From the NCBI GenBank assembly GCA_037447605.1, contig CM074819.1, positions 310,001 through 374,000 on the forward strand: DNA of 64,000 nt, written 5' to 3'. Source of the DNA: Zygnema circumcarinatum SAG 698-1b (lineage: Eukaryota > Plantae > Zygnematophyceae). This document shows, in pieces, positions 12,148 through 24,989 of this stretch. Within the stretch, counting starts at the first letter, position 1. The number at the start of each line of letters is the position of its first letter. The translations under genes and the position numbers were made by a program. The notes under the pieces are model-generated. The model was given only the letters and a program-made list of their open reading frames with translations. It was not told the DNA's origin and searched no databases.

Positions 12148-15100
12148 TCATCTGCGCTCGCAGTCGCATTCCGTGCCGTGGTTCTCCACCAGCGCGACCT
12201 CGTCCCGCGGCCCGAGGTCGAAGCCGAGCGCGTCCTTGAGGCGGCGCAGGACGAGGGCCGCCCAACAGAGCACGTCCTGCTGCCTCATGCGCGTCAGGAA
12301 GTGCCGCCGCGCGCTCTCACTGATGGCCTTCAGCGCGCCCCTGTCCTTGAACACGTCCGCAATCTCCTGCACCAGGATACCAACCCTCCACGCAAGTCCT
12401 GGCCATCGCATACGCTCACACCTTAAAGCAACAACAAAGAAACCCACCACAATGAACTCCGTGATGCACCGCCCCCCTCGCTCACCTGTTCAAACTCCTC
12501 CGGAGCGACCTCCAGCTGCAGAAAGTCAGCCATGGGTCGCAGTGCCAGCTCATAGTACTCTCGCTTGTTGCGTTTTTGCGTCACCAGGACCGCCCCCGAA
12601 GCCACAACGTCCCATGGCTGCACGGTGCTGTCCTCCTCGCGGAGCATGACGAGTTTGTTCTGAAAAACGGAGCCGTCTTGGGCATCGAACACCAGTTTAT
12701 CCGTGCGCTCTTCCCAGGACGGCAAGCTCCCTAAGAGCTCCCAGTCCTTGCCTCCCAGAGAGGTGTTGATAGTGTGAAGGGAGGGGAAGGGAACGTCCTG
12801 AAAGTTGGCCTCCGTGACGGGCCCGAGGACAGGTGGCATAAAGGAGCCGGAGGGCGATATGGGGGAGTTATATGGGTGCCAGTAGAACTCAACATCCACC
12901 ATTTTCACTTTTCGCAAAAGCGATAAAATGAGAGTGTTGAAAGCTTCCCTTGCAGGGTCTCTGTCTTCTGGATTGCTACAGTACAGCTTGTTGGAGAGGA
13001 TAGTACAGCGAACCACCTGCTTATCACCCCACCAAGCAAATAACGAGGCTTGGCATCAACATAAAGTAAATGGTAACGAAACACATGACCGTCGTTTAGA
13101 CAGGAAACTCGTGAATCTGCGGTATACTGTAGTTTGCATGAACACCAACTATCCTGACTCAAAAGAAAACAAAAGGAAAACGTACAGATATAATTATTTG
13201 AAGGACCATGTGATCGGAGGATTTTACAGCTTTTTACATACATTCGGCAGATCTGGCGCACCGCGCCCTTGAAACATGTCCCAATTCACTCCTCGTGATC
13301 CCCAAAAAGAGAATAAATCCGATATCCTGTTTGCATCTGCGGACGGACGACCACACATCTCGCCCGTAAGAAGGCCACAACGAGACTCATCTCCCATACT
13401 GCATGAAGGATATAGGAACATCAATAATGGGACCTGGGACAATATTACATCGCCCTTTGATGACCATCCTTAATGCAGACATTCACTCCTATTGCTTATT
13501 TGGAAGGCTCATGACAGTGCTCGATCATTGAGAGCCGGTGGGAAAGACTCTGAATCTATTGTCAATCTCTTCCAGGCATTTCTTCCCTCCCAAATGCGCC
13601 AAAAGGAAAAAAAAAAAAAAAAAAAACCCGTACATCTCTCCCGGGAACCTCCTTCATACAAAAACAGATACAGCCGTGATTTTCTGAGTTTTCACGGCCG
13701 CTGCATTCCAGGATAAGCCCGTGTTTAAATCTGTGGATTGAATCACCTTCAGCTGAACACTGGTATTGTTGGAGAAACTGCTCAAACTCCAACGGGCAGT
13801 CGCATTCATCAGGAAGAACATATGCCTCCATAAGTACTTCATCGCGGTTGTCAGCATTCACCACCCTGCACACTCAAAACCAACAACCCGACATTGTCTA
13901 GAACGAGTGAACTTGAGACATCCGAACTTTTCCCAACAGCAGTTCACGTGGAACAAACACAGGGCGTCTGTCTATATGTCAAATTATTGGGGCACATACT
14001 GACGAAGTGCAAAGAAGTCAAGCAGATCGTACTTCCTTGAAGACTCGCACAGTCCCGCCTTTCCCCCACCTGTACTGACCCGCCTCCGTGGGACGGTACG
14101 AGTAGAGCTGGAAGCCCTCGAGTGCGCCGAGTGGCCGCAGCGCCACGTCAGCGGCCGCGCCCACCATGACCGGGGTTGGCGCACCACCGGGCGCGCAGAG
14201 GACCCTGGAAGGCAGGGGCAGACTGTGCCTGCTCGCCGCCTTGCCTCTGCCCTCTCCTGCATAAACGACCGGGCAACGCGGCTCACCCCTTTGCCAAGAA
14301 CAAACACACATCTAGGACTGCTCTGCAACATGTTTAATACTCATGCACCCTAACACTTTTGCACCAAGGCTGCCTATTTTACAGACTACTAAAACGTCTC
14401 TACCTCTTTCAGCATTCTTCCGCTCCCCGTCAGACTTGTAGCTGGATGACTTCATGAAACATTCAGAGGCTTGAATGGAATGTTGCACGGGACAACGAGG
14501 ACAGAAGCCCCTCTGGAGCACTTCTAGCCCACCGAGAGGAAAAACAGTTTTATGTTTCCTATGTTTCCTTAGTATTCCCAGGTCGCAGCAGTTTTAACGG
14601 GCTTGCGTCCATGTTTCTGAGTCTGGACGTTTACCAATTCGTATGATTTCGATCGCACTGCAAAGCGCCGTGCCAGCAGAAGCATGAAAGTCGACAACAA
14701 TGGCGTGCTCTTCCGTTTCCTTCACTTGGATGTCAAAGCCGGGAATCTCGAAGCGCCGGTCTGGTCCCACTGCTGCCGCCACGTCGACGTCCTTCGCTGC
14801 AATCTCCCCTTGCACTAGGACAGTGAAGACTCGCTTTCCAGTGTCCTTCCAATGGGGTTCATACGTATGTACGTGAACTCGATAATCGCCCGGCCGTATG
14901 GGGAAATTATAGCCAAAATCTGCCCCAACTCTGCCTGATTTACAAAGGGGCTCCTGTAACTTCGTCTGCACTGTTTCAGATTTCCCAGATTTCTCCACGT
15001 TAAGGAAGGAATCCTCTGGATAGAAGACTTTGGAGACAAGCTCGCCATTTTCACAGCTAATAAGTGCATCCTCGAGACCCTCCCCGCACAACATGTAATA

Positions 15101-16145
15101 CGATGTGGGCAGACCGTCTGCACAGGGCACAACTCACGAACAATGCTTCGTGAGGGAGAGCTACATCGACGAAACGCACCCAGAAAGTTAAGCTTCTCTC
15201 CCTGTTTTGTTATTCCAAGGTTCTTCTGAAAACTCGGCGTGCATGCTTTAAAAACTGAGAACCAACGAAACAATTCTGCGTTTTTGGAAATCAACCAGAG
15301 AACAAAAGAGGTTAAGGAATGGAGAAATGCCTGTTCCTACACAGGCCAAGGCAAGCCCTTGAGGCACTACAGGAAAACAAGAGACAGACAAATGACGGAG
15401 GTCGAACGGCAGTGTTGAACAGGGGGGAGGGATGTTAAGCGTTCGGTATCTCGTCTGCACGAAAAGCAAATAATCTCCCTCGGAAAGCACAATCTCTGAA
15501 TGCATTATTCTGCCTCGTGAGTTTCCTTCACTGTTCATCGATGGAAATAGCACGCTTCGGCACCAACGTAGTCACGGATATTTGGTAATGCCGCTCAGCC
15601 TAATCTCTCCTTGTGTGAAAATCCTGAGGGAAGGAAAATAGACTCTGTACTCCTTCAATCGGCCATCTATTGCTGGTTCCCCAGCCAGCGCCGATGCATG
15701 CGCGCGCTGTGAATAACCATCCCCCCATGCCCGCCATGCTCTGTATGGAACGCGTTAAGCAAACGGTTCAGGGTTGAGAAGCTTCACCGAAAGGTTGTGT
15801 GGTTGGGGTGGAACTCTGCGCAGAGTCGGGTGCAGGCCCCTCCTGCGCCAGCCCTTCCTGCGACGGCCCTGCATCCACGCCCGCAGCGAAGGCATCTCCC
15901 ACCGGTTCCGGGCCTTCAGAGAGGCGGCTGAACCCTCCCAGCAGCACGCTCGCGGTGCTCGTGACGTACGCAGCGCGGACGACGAGGTACACGAGGCAGA
16001 ACAGCACGAACGCTTTCCGGACGAGGCTCGCGTAGGCGGCAGAAGACTCGCGGTTCTCCACCTTGCCGGGCGGGGGCACGGGCACGGGCAGGGGCAGGAG
16101 CGGGCCATTTTCGCCGCGGGCGTCCTCGAGGTCCGCCATGGCCAT
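12148..16145 (-). CDS. Type II membrane protein: TM + malectin + short filamin/Ig-like segment + KDELC/POGLUT2-3-like GT90 (CAP10) domain. Exons approx. 16145-15788, 15117-14635, ~14260-14071, ~13865-13750, ~13326-13234, 13016-12486, 12366-12148
   Basis: TM: KAFVLFCLVYLVVRAAYV. Malectin: YNFPIRPGDYRVHVHTYEPHWKDTGKRVFTVLVQG...ALCSAIEI. Filamin-like: YSYRPTEAGQYR. KDELC-like: PDECDCPLEFEQFLQQYQC, ILSLLRKVKMVDVEF, FQDVPFP, SWEERTDK, EYYELALRP and a C-terminal helix. All junctions found are GT-AG and in phase. Confidence 0.8.
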
Positions 16146-16361
16146 GGCGAGGATAGGCGAGGCAGGCAGGGCCTGCCTTAGGGCCGATCCCAGCCCGTTC
16201 CATGCGCCGACCGCCGTGCGCCTCGACAGCACTGGCCGCGCTTCGCATGGAACCGTCCTATCACCTCTCCGTACAGGCCCCGGGGGCGTCCGTACGGCCG
16301 CAGTTAGGCCTCCCGCAGTCAACACTACGCGACAAGGCGCCGCCCGGCTCGCACTTGGCGG

Positions 16362-16530
16362 AAGGGAGAGGGAGGGGGGAGGGGAGAGGGAGTGAGAGAG
16401 GGAGAGGGAGAGGGAAGGGGAGGGGAAGGGGAAGAGGGAGAGGGAGAGGGAGAGGGAGAGGGAGAGGGAGAGGGAGAGGGAGAGGGAGAGGGAGAGGGAG
16501 AGGGAGGGGAGAGGGAGAGGGAGAGGGAGA
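16362..16530. repeat. (GAGAGG)n tract in the ~495 bp between divergently transcribed genes
   Basis: Direct reading, between ATG 16145 (-) and ATG 16641 (+). Confidence 0.85.
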
Positions 16531-16640
16531 GCTTGAGAGAGGAGGACGGCGCAGCGCGCCAGGGGAGGGAAGTGCGAGAGGGGGAGAGGGAGACTCGGCG
16601 GGAGGGAGGGAGGGGAGGGGAGAGGAACCAGCGCGGTCGG

Positions 16641-19600
16641 ATGGACGATGAGGGTGCCGGCCTGGTGGAGGCGGGGAGTGGTGGTACCGTTGAAGGTGGA
16701 GACAAGGTGGGGGAAAATATTGGAAGGCCTGGTTTGGCTTGGAGTGTGATGCCGGCATTGTTAGCGAGGTGACCCTGTGCATGCTTCGCCGTTTCTGCAG
16801 TTCTTGAACGCTCAACGGTAAAAAGGTTTTTTTTATGTGATTTGTGTGTCTCGATTTATTTTTCCCTTGCATCTTTCTGTGATTTGAGCCGACTGTAAAA
16901 TGTTGACCCCACGCAACCACTAAAGAACTCACTGAGCTGCATTACTTAAACATGGAAGCTACTGCCGTTCAGACTTGCACGCTCAAATTTATCCCCCACA
17001 AGCGTCCGTCTACTTGTGGTCTGCTTCCTGACCCGGCTTCCAACAGCTTTGTCGTCTATGAGCTTTGTATTTTGTGTATTTTAACGTTCTCCATAATCAA
17101 ATCACGTTGTATGTGGGTCAAGTTCGATGGCAGCTTATGCTCCAGCCCTTTGTCTATAAACCAATCTGGCTGGTTTGAACGCAAACTAAGCACTGAACTT
17201 GCCTGTCTCTGTAGAGAAAGGACCCTGTTTGGTCGAGTGCGGTCGAGCTCTTGGCTCATCCGGCAGTGGCGATAACTGCGGGCCTGCTCGTGCTTGTCCT
17301 GCTCGCCAACGACCTCTCCTCCGTGCTGCAGCGCCCTGCCCCCACGCAAGGCCCGGCCCCTTCACAAAGCCCGGAAGGTGTGACATTGGAGGCAGTAGAA
17401 GGCACGAAGCAGCCAGATACGCCACTGTTCACTGCTGAGGCGGAGCGCCTGTATCAGGTTCGATAAGCTAATCATTTGCAAGCTGAGCTCAAAGCGTAAT
17501 CGAATACTTCGTCCCAAATTCTTTTGCGTCTTTCGAATTGGCCTATCAAAGTTTCAGAAGAGCATCCTCGCGGTTATCCCTATCAATTTGACACTTGAGT
17601 AATCCATTTGGACTCATAGACTGAACAGTTTTTAGGCTTTTTGGTGATGCAGACATGGAGCGAAATGTATGCTCTTAATAGCAGCGAACCCCCTTCGGCC
17701 ATCACTCCGCGTGAAGGATGGCTCAGTGGACGCAATTTCCCGCCGGCTCCCCACCTGCTCAACTGCGAAGCGGTCAGCCGGCAGAGAATGGCGGCCTCCG
17801 AGCTCGGCCCCAACGGGGAGCCGCCGCCATGGCTCACCTCCAGGACCGACCTGCGCTCGCTGCAGCCCCCGTGGGTGCGCGTCAGAAGCCCGTGTAGACG
17901 AGAAGAACAATCGCTTTTCTGTTGCCTTGTTTGGGGCTTCTTCCAACACAATCCATTCAGTGAAGGCAATTGGGAAAAAGCACCTTCATAGTAGTCAAAC
18001 TTCTCTTGTCTTTCAAACCTGATTGAAAGGTATCCATCTGGATACACTTGAAGGCAAGGGCATGCGAGCACCGTTAGATTATTCTTCCTCCCCAGGGGGG
18101 GCGGATGCATGCAGGTGGCGGGAGGCGAGGCGGACAACACGGCGATGACGCGTCACGCGCAGGCGTACCTGTGGTCGCGGCAGTTCCCGGTGCAGTGCGG
18201 GGGGGCGGGGGCGCGGTTCGCGGTGGGCCGGCACCCCCCCCCGCAGCACCACGGCCTCGGGTCGACGCTGCACCTCGCCGCGGACGCGCTCACGCAGGCG
18301 CTCGCCGCGAACCGCCTCTATGTGCCCGCGCCGGGGACATTCAGCAGGGCGGATCACGACGCCTGCAAAGGTGNNNNNNNNNNGGGGAGGGGGGAGGGGG
18401 AAGGGGGAGGTCGCCGCCGCGCCTCACCATGCCTCTCTTTCGCAGTTCCATTTCCGTGCTAGGCTCTCATCTCCGCTAGACAGAGAGGACATGGGCTGGC
18501 CGTATTGGAAGGAAATCAGACATTGCAAACGATGGCTGAAAGGGAGCGTAGCTGACCTCTTTAGGGATTTCCTTCGTGTGTTTTCAATGCCTTGACTGTG
18601 AGCTCAGGAGACGATCGCGGCTCTCTTGACTGCTATTTTTTTCGATCGGTGTCGCCCCAATGTGCCGAACTCGCTTTTGAGATTCTGAAAACTCAGAAGG
18701 ACGAAGAACAATTTTGGAGCAGCCACATCAACGACAGGCTCAACTCTGAAACGCGTGTGATTGTGTTTGAAGGGGGCGCTGACTACGTGCCAAGAGCAGT
18801 CTGGTTTGATATCCCGTATGTTTCATTCTCACCTGTGCGTTTCCTTGAAAAAGGATCTGACAGGCATTGCATTTTGGTGCACACAATTCGGGAATGTTTG
18901 TCGTTCTGGGCTGGCTGATCTTGACACCATTCGAAACACTGGAAAATTAAAACGGTCAGAATCGCTCTATTTTTTTTGTGAATGTCAATGAACTTAAAGC
19001 TAGTTGGAATATGATAAGTTGAATATGGACATTGACTAAGTCCGGCGGGCGCACGCAGGGAGTTGGATCAGCCCTGGCTGCAGGACCCGCTCTATGTGGA
19101 GAACATGGGCCGCGTGCTGCACTACGCAGAGCAGCAGGAGTACGACGGCATATTTCCGAAAAACAATATTTCCTATTTCTACCTGAAAGTGAGTTTTTTT
19201 TTATGGTGCTGGTCTGCCCCTCCAGTTTTGTCCATGTGATGCCGGTTTCTTTTGTTCCCTCTTTCGTTTCTCTTTCTGATTCGTTAACTCGCCTATATCG
19301 TCTCCTCACTTTTCGTCTCCCATTTTCTCATCTTTACATCTCCCATCACATGTGCCTTACTCTTTCCATCTGGCTGCTTCCCCTGGCTCACCCCACACCT
19401 CTGTACTGTATACCGTTTGACCATGCTACGCATAAGCGATTTTTCAAATGACGTCTTTTGCATAACTGCAAAGAGCCAGTTGGGCATGACCAAGATAAGC
19501 CACTTGTCGACTACGACGCCCAAAGTTCCATTTCACGTTCAAGGACCAGACGCATAAACATTTGTCAAAACTGGTCTTTCCCTGATCCTTGCCTGGTGCC

Positions 19601-20508
19601 GCGGAGTGGCTGTTTAACCATTGCCACTCTTCACTTCCTGTGCTTCTAAACCCCTTGTTCGCCTGCTTCGCCTGCTTCCTGTGAATTTCTTCACAGCTCT
19701 GGTGGTGGAAAGCGCAATCGACGAGTTTCCTCCTCCGGTGGCCCACCGCAAGGCTCTGCCACATAGTGAACCGCGTGCGCCATGACGTGTACGGCCTGGA
19801 GACCGCCCGCGGGGTGGTGCAGTCCGACGCAGACCTGCGCTTCGCCGCGGAGCGGTCCCGCGCGCGCGACGAGGGGGAGGCGGCGCTGCTCGCGGGGACC
19901 GCTCTGGGGGAGGAGGACACGCTCGAGGGCACCCTCTGGGCGGACGCGGAGGCGTACATTCCGCGGCCCATCACGAGCGTGCACGTGCGGCAGGGCGACA
20001 AGGGCGGGGAGATGCACCTCTTCTCGTTCGCCTCTCACATGTGGCTTGCGGCGCGACTCCGCCGTCACAATCCCAGTCTGCAAACGGTGTGGCTAAGCAC
20101 GGAAATGCAGGTACGGTATGCAGAATCTCGCCTCAGCATGTTTTGGAATGTCAGTTTACAATTATTGGTCATGGCAGTTAAAGGTCCTCAGCATTTGCGG
20201 ATGTAACTGTGCTTGAGCGCGCGCTGGGACAGGAGGTGATTGACGAGTCGGAGAAGTTTTCCAATTGGAAGTTTCTTTACACAAGAAACCACCGACAAAC
20301 AAGGGACTTGCCAATGTCGGCCTACGAGGCACAAATAGGTTCGGCTGTGTTGACCGGCCTTAGCTTTGCGAATCTCCTCATTGCCGTGGAATGCGATTAC
20401 TTCATTGGGCCGTTGGGCTCCAACTGGGGCCGATTAATTAGAGAACTCCGCGTCACCAAAGGAAGACTCAAATCAGGCATTCTCAGTGTCAATTTTGACG
20501 AGATGTAA
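16641..20508 (+). CDS. Plant-type alpha-(1,6)-fucosyltransferase-like protein (GT23-like). Exons approx. 16641-16706, 17215-17457, ~17683-17875, ~18116-18371, ~18608-18803, 19059-~19186, ~19698-20110, ~20233-20508
   Basis: TM: [15 protein letters not shown]. Motifs: [95 protein letters not shown]. An N gap at 18374-18383 falls in an intron. Confidence 0.88.
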
Positions 20509-21477
20509 AGTCGCCATTGTATATGAATTTCTCCCTTCCACTCCCATTCGCTAGGTCCGAATGCTGCAAAAGAGTCGCCTTACATCGCCTGGGCAAAGGG
20601 CGCCTGCCTGTCTGAACCGGCTTTGGGATCAAGGAGAGCCGACCGCTCAGCCAATGAACAAGGTGCGCGTGTGCTTGGAGCCACTGTTCTACTCTCCTCT
20701 CCCTTCTCCGTTCTCTTTTCCTCTCCTCGCCTCGTCTCTCTCCTGTCTGCTCTCCTCCCCCTCGCATTCGCCCCTCCATTCCCGTCTCTCTTCCTTCTCC
20801 CCAGCCCCCCCTCTCCCTCATCCCTTTGCCAGGTGCGCACAGCGAAAACTAAACGCGCCACCTACCCTATTACCCCTCTCCCCTCCCCATCCATTCCCCC
20901 ATCTCCTTCCTCATTCCCCCTTCCCGTTTCCCTTTCGTCCCCCTTCCCCCCTCCTCCCTTCCCCCCCCCTCCCCCTCCCCTACCCTCCAGGTGCTGACGC
21001 CTCCGCAGGCCCGCCTGTGCACTCAGAGTGCATAGCTTTTTAAGACCATGCGCAAGTGATTCGTAGCATTTTAATTTATTGACATAGGTACAAAAGTTTT
21101 GTTTTATCACACGACATTTTGTGTCGTTGCAATCCGCCATATTCTACACATTTTTTTGCAAACACAATAAAAATTTCTATCATGTCTTGCGGGCCTTCTT
21201 AAAAACAACCTAATGCCTCTGGGCTCTCATCGTTCGACGTACTCCACCCCGACCTGCTACCCGTGATCGAGCCTCAGACCGGACTGCGCAAGTCTTCAAA
21301 AGCCAGAGTCGTTCTCCGATTGAGAAGCCGGTCATCTACATTCATCCTTTTCCGCATGCCGAACTTGTCAATCTTCGCTGTTAACACGGCATACCTTTTG
21401 CAGCTCGACGTCGTCGCAAACTTGCCATGCCTTGCCTCTTCCCTCCCCTTGCGGATCATCAGGCTCCGGGGCCGTGT

Positions 21478-23973
21478 TCAGGCCCAGAGGGCCGCCCCGT
21501 TCTCCTCGGGGGGCTCGAGCGTGCAGGGCTCCTCTGCGGCCACCTGCACCCTCTCCCGAAAAAACTCGCCCTCCGCAGGAGAGCTGCTGAGCACCGACTC
21601 CATGGTGACCTCCATGGCGTCCGGCACGCGCTGCGGCTGAAACCGCTGGAGGGAGTGGTACTCGCGGAGGAGGTGCAGCATGTACATGTACACCACGTCC
21701 ATGCTCAGCTCCTCCTCCACAAATGCGCTTCCCGCTGAGCCAATCCTCCGGGCTTGCTCTGCATGCGCCTCTCCCCACTCCACCGCCTCCTGCGCGGCGG
21801 CCCGCCATCCCATACGTGAGTTGTATGACATGTCACAAACAACCACTTGACCATAAGCCGCACCACTGCAAAAGGGAAGGGGAAGGGAAACTGGCTGGAG
21901 CAGGGCATTAAACGGAGAAGCGCCATCCACTAGATGACCAGCGCAAAATTGGCCAATACCTGTGTGAAAGTTATCCTCCGCCCATACCAAAAAAAAAAAA
22001 AAAGATGGGATGGGGATACAAAATTGACACCAAACTACTGGACCTGAACTTGGCAGGACTTGCCTTGATAGTATCACAGATAGACCGCTCTTCTGACAGG
22101 GCTATGGGAAGATAATGCACGCCCTCTTCAAGGGCCCGAGAGTAGAAGTCCACGTAGGGCGACTCCACAAAGAGAACGGTTGATGCGCATGCAAGCACAT
22201 ATTTGAGGCTGCAGGACCATGACCTGCCTTCCACATAGATCTTATACCTGCACCCAATCCGGAGGAAAACCAGTTGTATGGCTTGGGTCGTGAAGGGCCA
22301 CAAGCGGTGCCGTCAAGGAACTGCTGCGCTGGCTAAGGGCTGTGCGCGAACCTGTGCGTGCACTGCGTTTGCAGGCGCGAGGCCGCCTCCTGCGTGGCCT
22401 GCCTCCACTCGATGTGCTCGGCATGCACGGGGGCGGAGCAGCCCTTCAGCGCCATCCTCAACTCCGACGTTTCAACGTTTCCTTTCCACTGCGCAAAAGG
22501 AAGACGTTCTTCCCACGGAACTGCAGCGGTTCCATTGCGGATCAATTGGCGCTGTTTGTCCCACTTGTAAATCAGAATTTCAGGCCTGCACGGCCATGCA
22601 TATAGAGAGACACGTTGGCTACGAGCAGCAGCAGAAGGATCATTGTACACACGACGACACGGAAAGGCAGGAGTGCACCTTTCTTGGAGAACAAAGAGAA
22701 GGTGCCAACAAATGTTCACCTACAGGAGCGGCACAATGATCTTCCTGAAGACATGCCCATAAGGCTCAACCTGGCGGGAACAGACCTTCAGACTCACCAG
22801 CCCCAAAAGGAAAAGTCCGGCCATAGCACCTCCAGGTTCGTGTTGGTGGTGCAGAACCTGAAGAGCAGCGGCGGATTCAAGTGAAAAGCGTACGAGCTGC
22901 GGCGGAACACCGGCATGTCCTCGCATTCAAGCATGAAGTCGACATCCGGCACCTTGCCCGGGTACCTGTCGCCCCACTCTCGATTGCCTTACAATGAGCC
23001 GAGCGAGGGAGGAGGGGCAAGGGAGCAGTAATGGGGAGAACAGAGCAACGAAAGGGGGCGAATGGTGGATTGAAGGACAATAGTTTTCAGAAGGGAAGTT
23101 GGCGATAAGCGTGGGGAAGGAAGTCAAGGAGCGCTACAAGCACATGACAGGAGACTTGAGACAGGAGACCCGTGTGGGCGTGTGGCTAAGAGCTAGAAGC
23201 CCACCTCTGCAAGAGTTGCAGTATCCCCCACAGTGTGAAAATGGACCTTGTCTGAAAGCATACCTGGATCAAGAACAGCACGCAAATGTTCAGCAAAGAA
23301 AAGGGCCTCAAGACGGGAATTCGCGACAAGGAAAAACGCAATCTCATAACGGAAACCAAAATTCATTCTTCTGTAGCAGTCTCCACTGACCCGCATTCAT
23401 AACTCATAAGCTTTGCGCTCAATTTTCATCCAAGCCTTCTTGACGTATGTTTCGACCTCAAAACGCACCCAGTACTCGTGGACGAACAAATTGCCCTTTA
23501 TGATCTGCACCCTCATTGCTGCGCGAGGCTGCGCGTTCGTCACAGCCTCAAGGCTTATGCCTCCTCTCGTCCTCCACGGCGCCAGATCCTTGTGGATGTT
23601 TCGAAAGTACTTTGGGCAAGTGCCGCTATCTCTGCTTCTGCTGGCAGGAGCCGAACCAGCGTGCTGATTGCTACCATTCTTGGACGGGCACAAGGCGAGC
23701 TGCACTGTTTGATAGGTCGGTGACGTGAGGTACAGCAAGGCACAAAAGGCCTGCCACAGGATACAACCCATTCGCCATCACCGAAAAGTCGAAGAAATAC
23801 ACAAATGCTCCTCTTGCTTTTGCGGGACCAATGGTAGGCATATCGATGCAGGACGGGCAAGAACCCACCAGCACAGTTAAGGACAGGCAGGGAGCCAGCA
23901 GGCCTAGTCTTCCTCCTGCGATGCCCATGGCCCTGAGCACCAGCGCCCTCTTGTGCGACCGCCCGCCATTCAT
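21478..23973 (-). CDS. Plant-type GT90 (DUF821, rumi-like O-glucosyltransferase homolog), multi-exon
   Basis: Motifs: TCPKYFRNIHKDLAPW, CFQTRSIFTLWGILQLL, YPGKVPDVDFMLECEDMP, WPDFSFWGWPE, PWEERLPFAQWKGN, YKIYVEGRSWSCSLKYVLAC, EEELSMDVVYMYMLHLLREY. N-terminal hydrophobic segment present. Confidence 0.92.
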
Positions 23974-24386
23974 CTGCGCACTCGCGCATGTCTAATGCAG
24001 CGCCCGGCCCGGCCCTGCACCCGCTCGCGTCCTCCCCCTCGCCTCTCCTCTCCTCTCCTCGCCTCCTCTCCGCACGCGTACCTCCTGCTGTGCTGCTGCT
24101 GCTGCTGCCACTGCGGGCCGAGCCGGGCCGGGCCGTGGTCAGCCGACTCACTGACGGCATCACGAGCCAAAAAGATACGCCGTGCGGCTAGCAACGCCCG
24201 GCGGCGGTACTTTGCGCCAGCTGGACCTGGGCGCTCACGGTACCTGCGACCGTGCGCGTCCACCGTCCGCTGACGGACGCGGGTGAGGACGCGGCGCGAT
24301 GACACGGCTAGGAGGGATCTACACTTGTCCGTACAATCGACTTAGAGTAGAGTTTTAGATTTCAGCATTAGAACGGGGTCGAAGGA

Positions 24387-24488
24387 AGTGACATTGTTGC
24401 TCTCACGCATGGCGATGATGCCATCACATGCACATGGACAAAAGCAGTAGCATGGGGAACCACGAGGAACAACTGGGCGTCAAAGGAC
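24387..24488. repeat. Dispersed conserved non-coding element, copy 2
   Basis: Aligns with 11112-11204 in the same orientation. Confidence 0.75.
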
Positions 24489-24632
24489 CTAAGCACCAAC
24501 GAACAAAGCACAGCATTAGAACGATCACTGTACTGTAATACCAGGGCGTTGTGTCCATACCACTGATCGCGAACTTTTCGCAACTTTCCGAGTCAACGTC
24601 CGTCAAAATTGAGCTCCCGAAGCAACCGTGAT

Positions 24633-24989
24633 TAGGGATGGCTTAATTACGACTATATAATCTATATTATATTATATAACTGTGACGACTAAATAACGGC
24701 TGTTATATAATACTTTACAACGCCTTTACAACATGTACGGTCGTACGACTGTACGGTATTATGCGGTGAAGACAGTGAACCAGACGGACGCATTTCGCAA
24801 CGCCAACGCCAAAACGACCTAATTTTGGTATGGTACGACCGTACGACCGTACGAGTACGGTCGTTAATTGTTCAAAGCTGGTGGGTATAATATATGTAAT
24901 AAAGTGTTTTACTTTGTACTATATCACTACTTTTAAACCCGTTGTAAAGTATATAATATAGTCGGACTTTATAACTCGGGCCATCCCTA
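24633..24989. mobile_element. 357-bp non-autonomous hAT element
   Basis: TIRs TAGGGATGGC / GCCATCCCTA (Ac/Ds-like end). Perfect 8-bp TSD ACCGTGAT at 24625-24632 and 24990-24997. Internal CGTACG/GTAC repeats. Confidence 0.92.
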
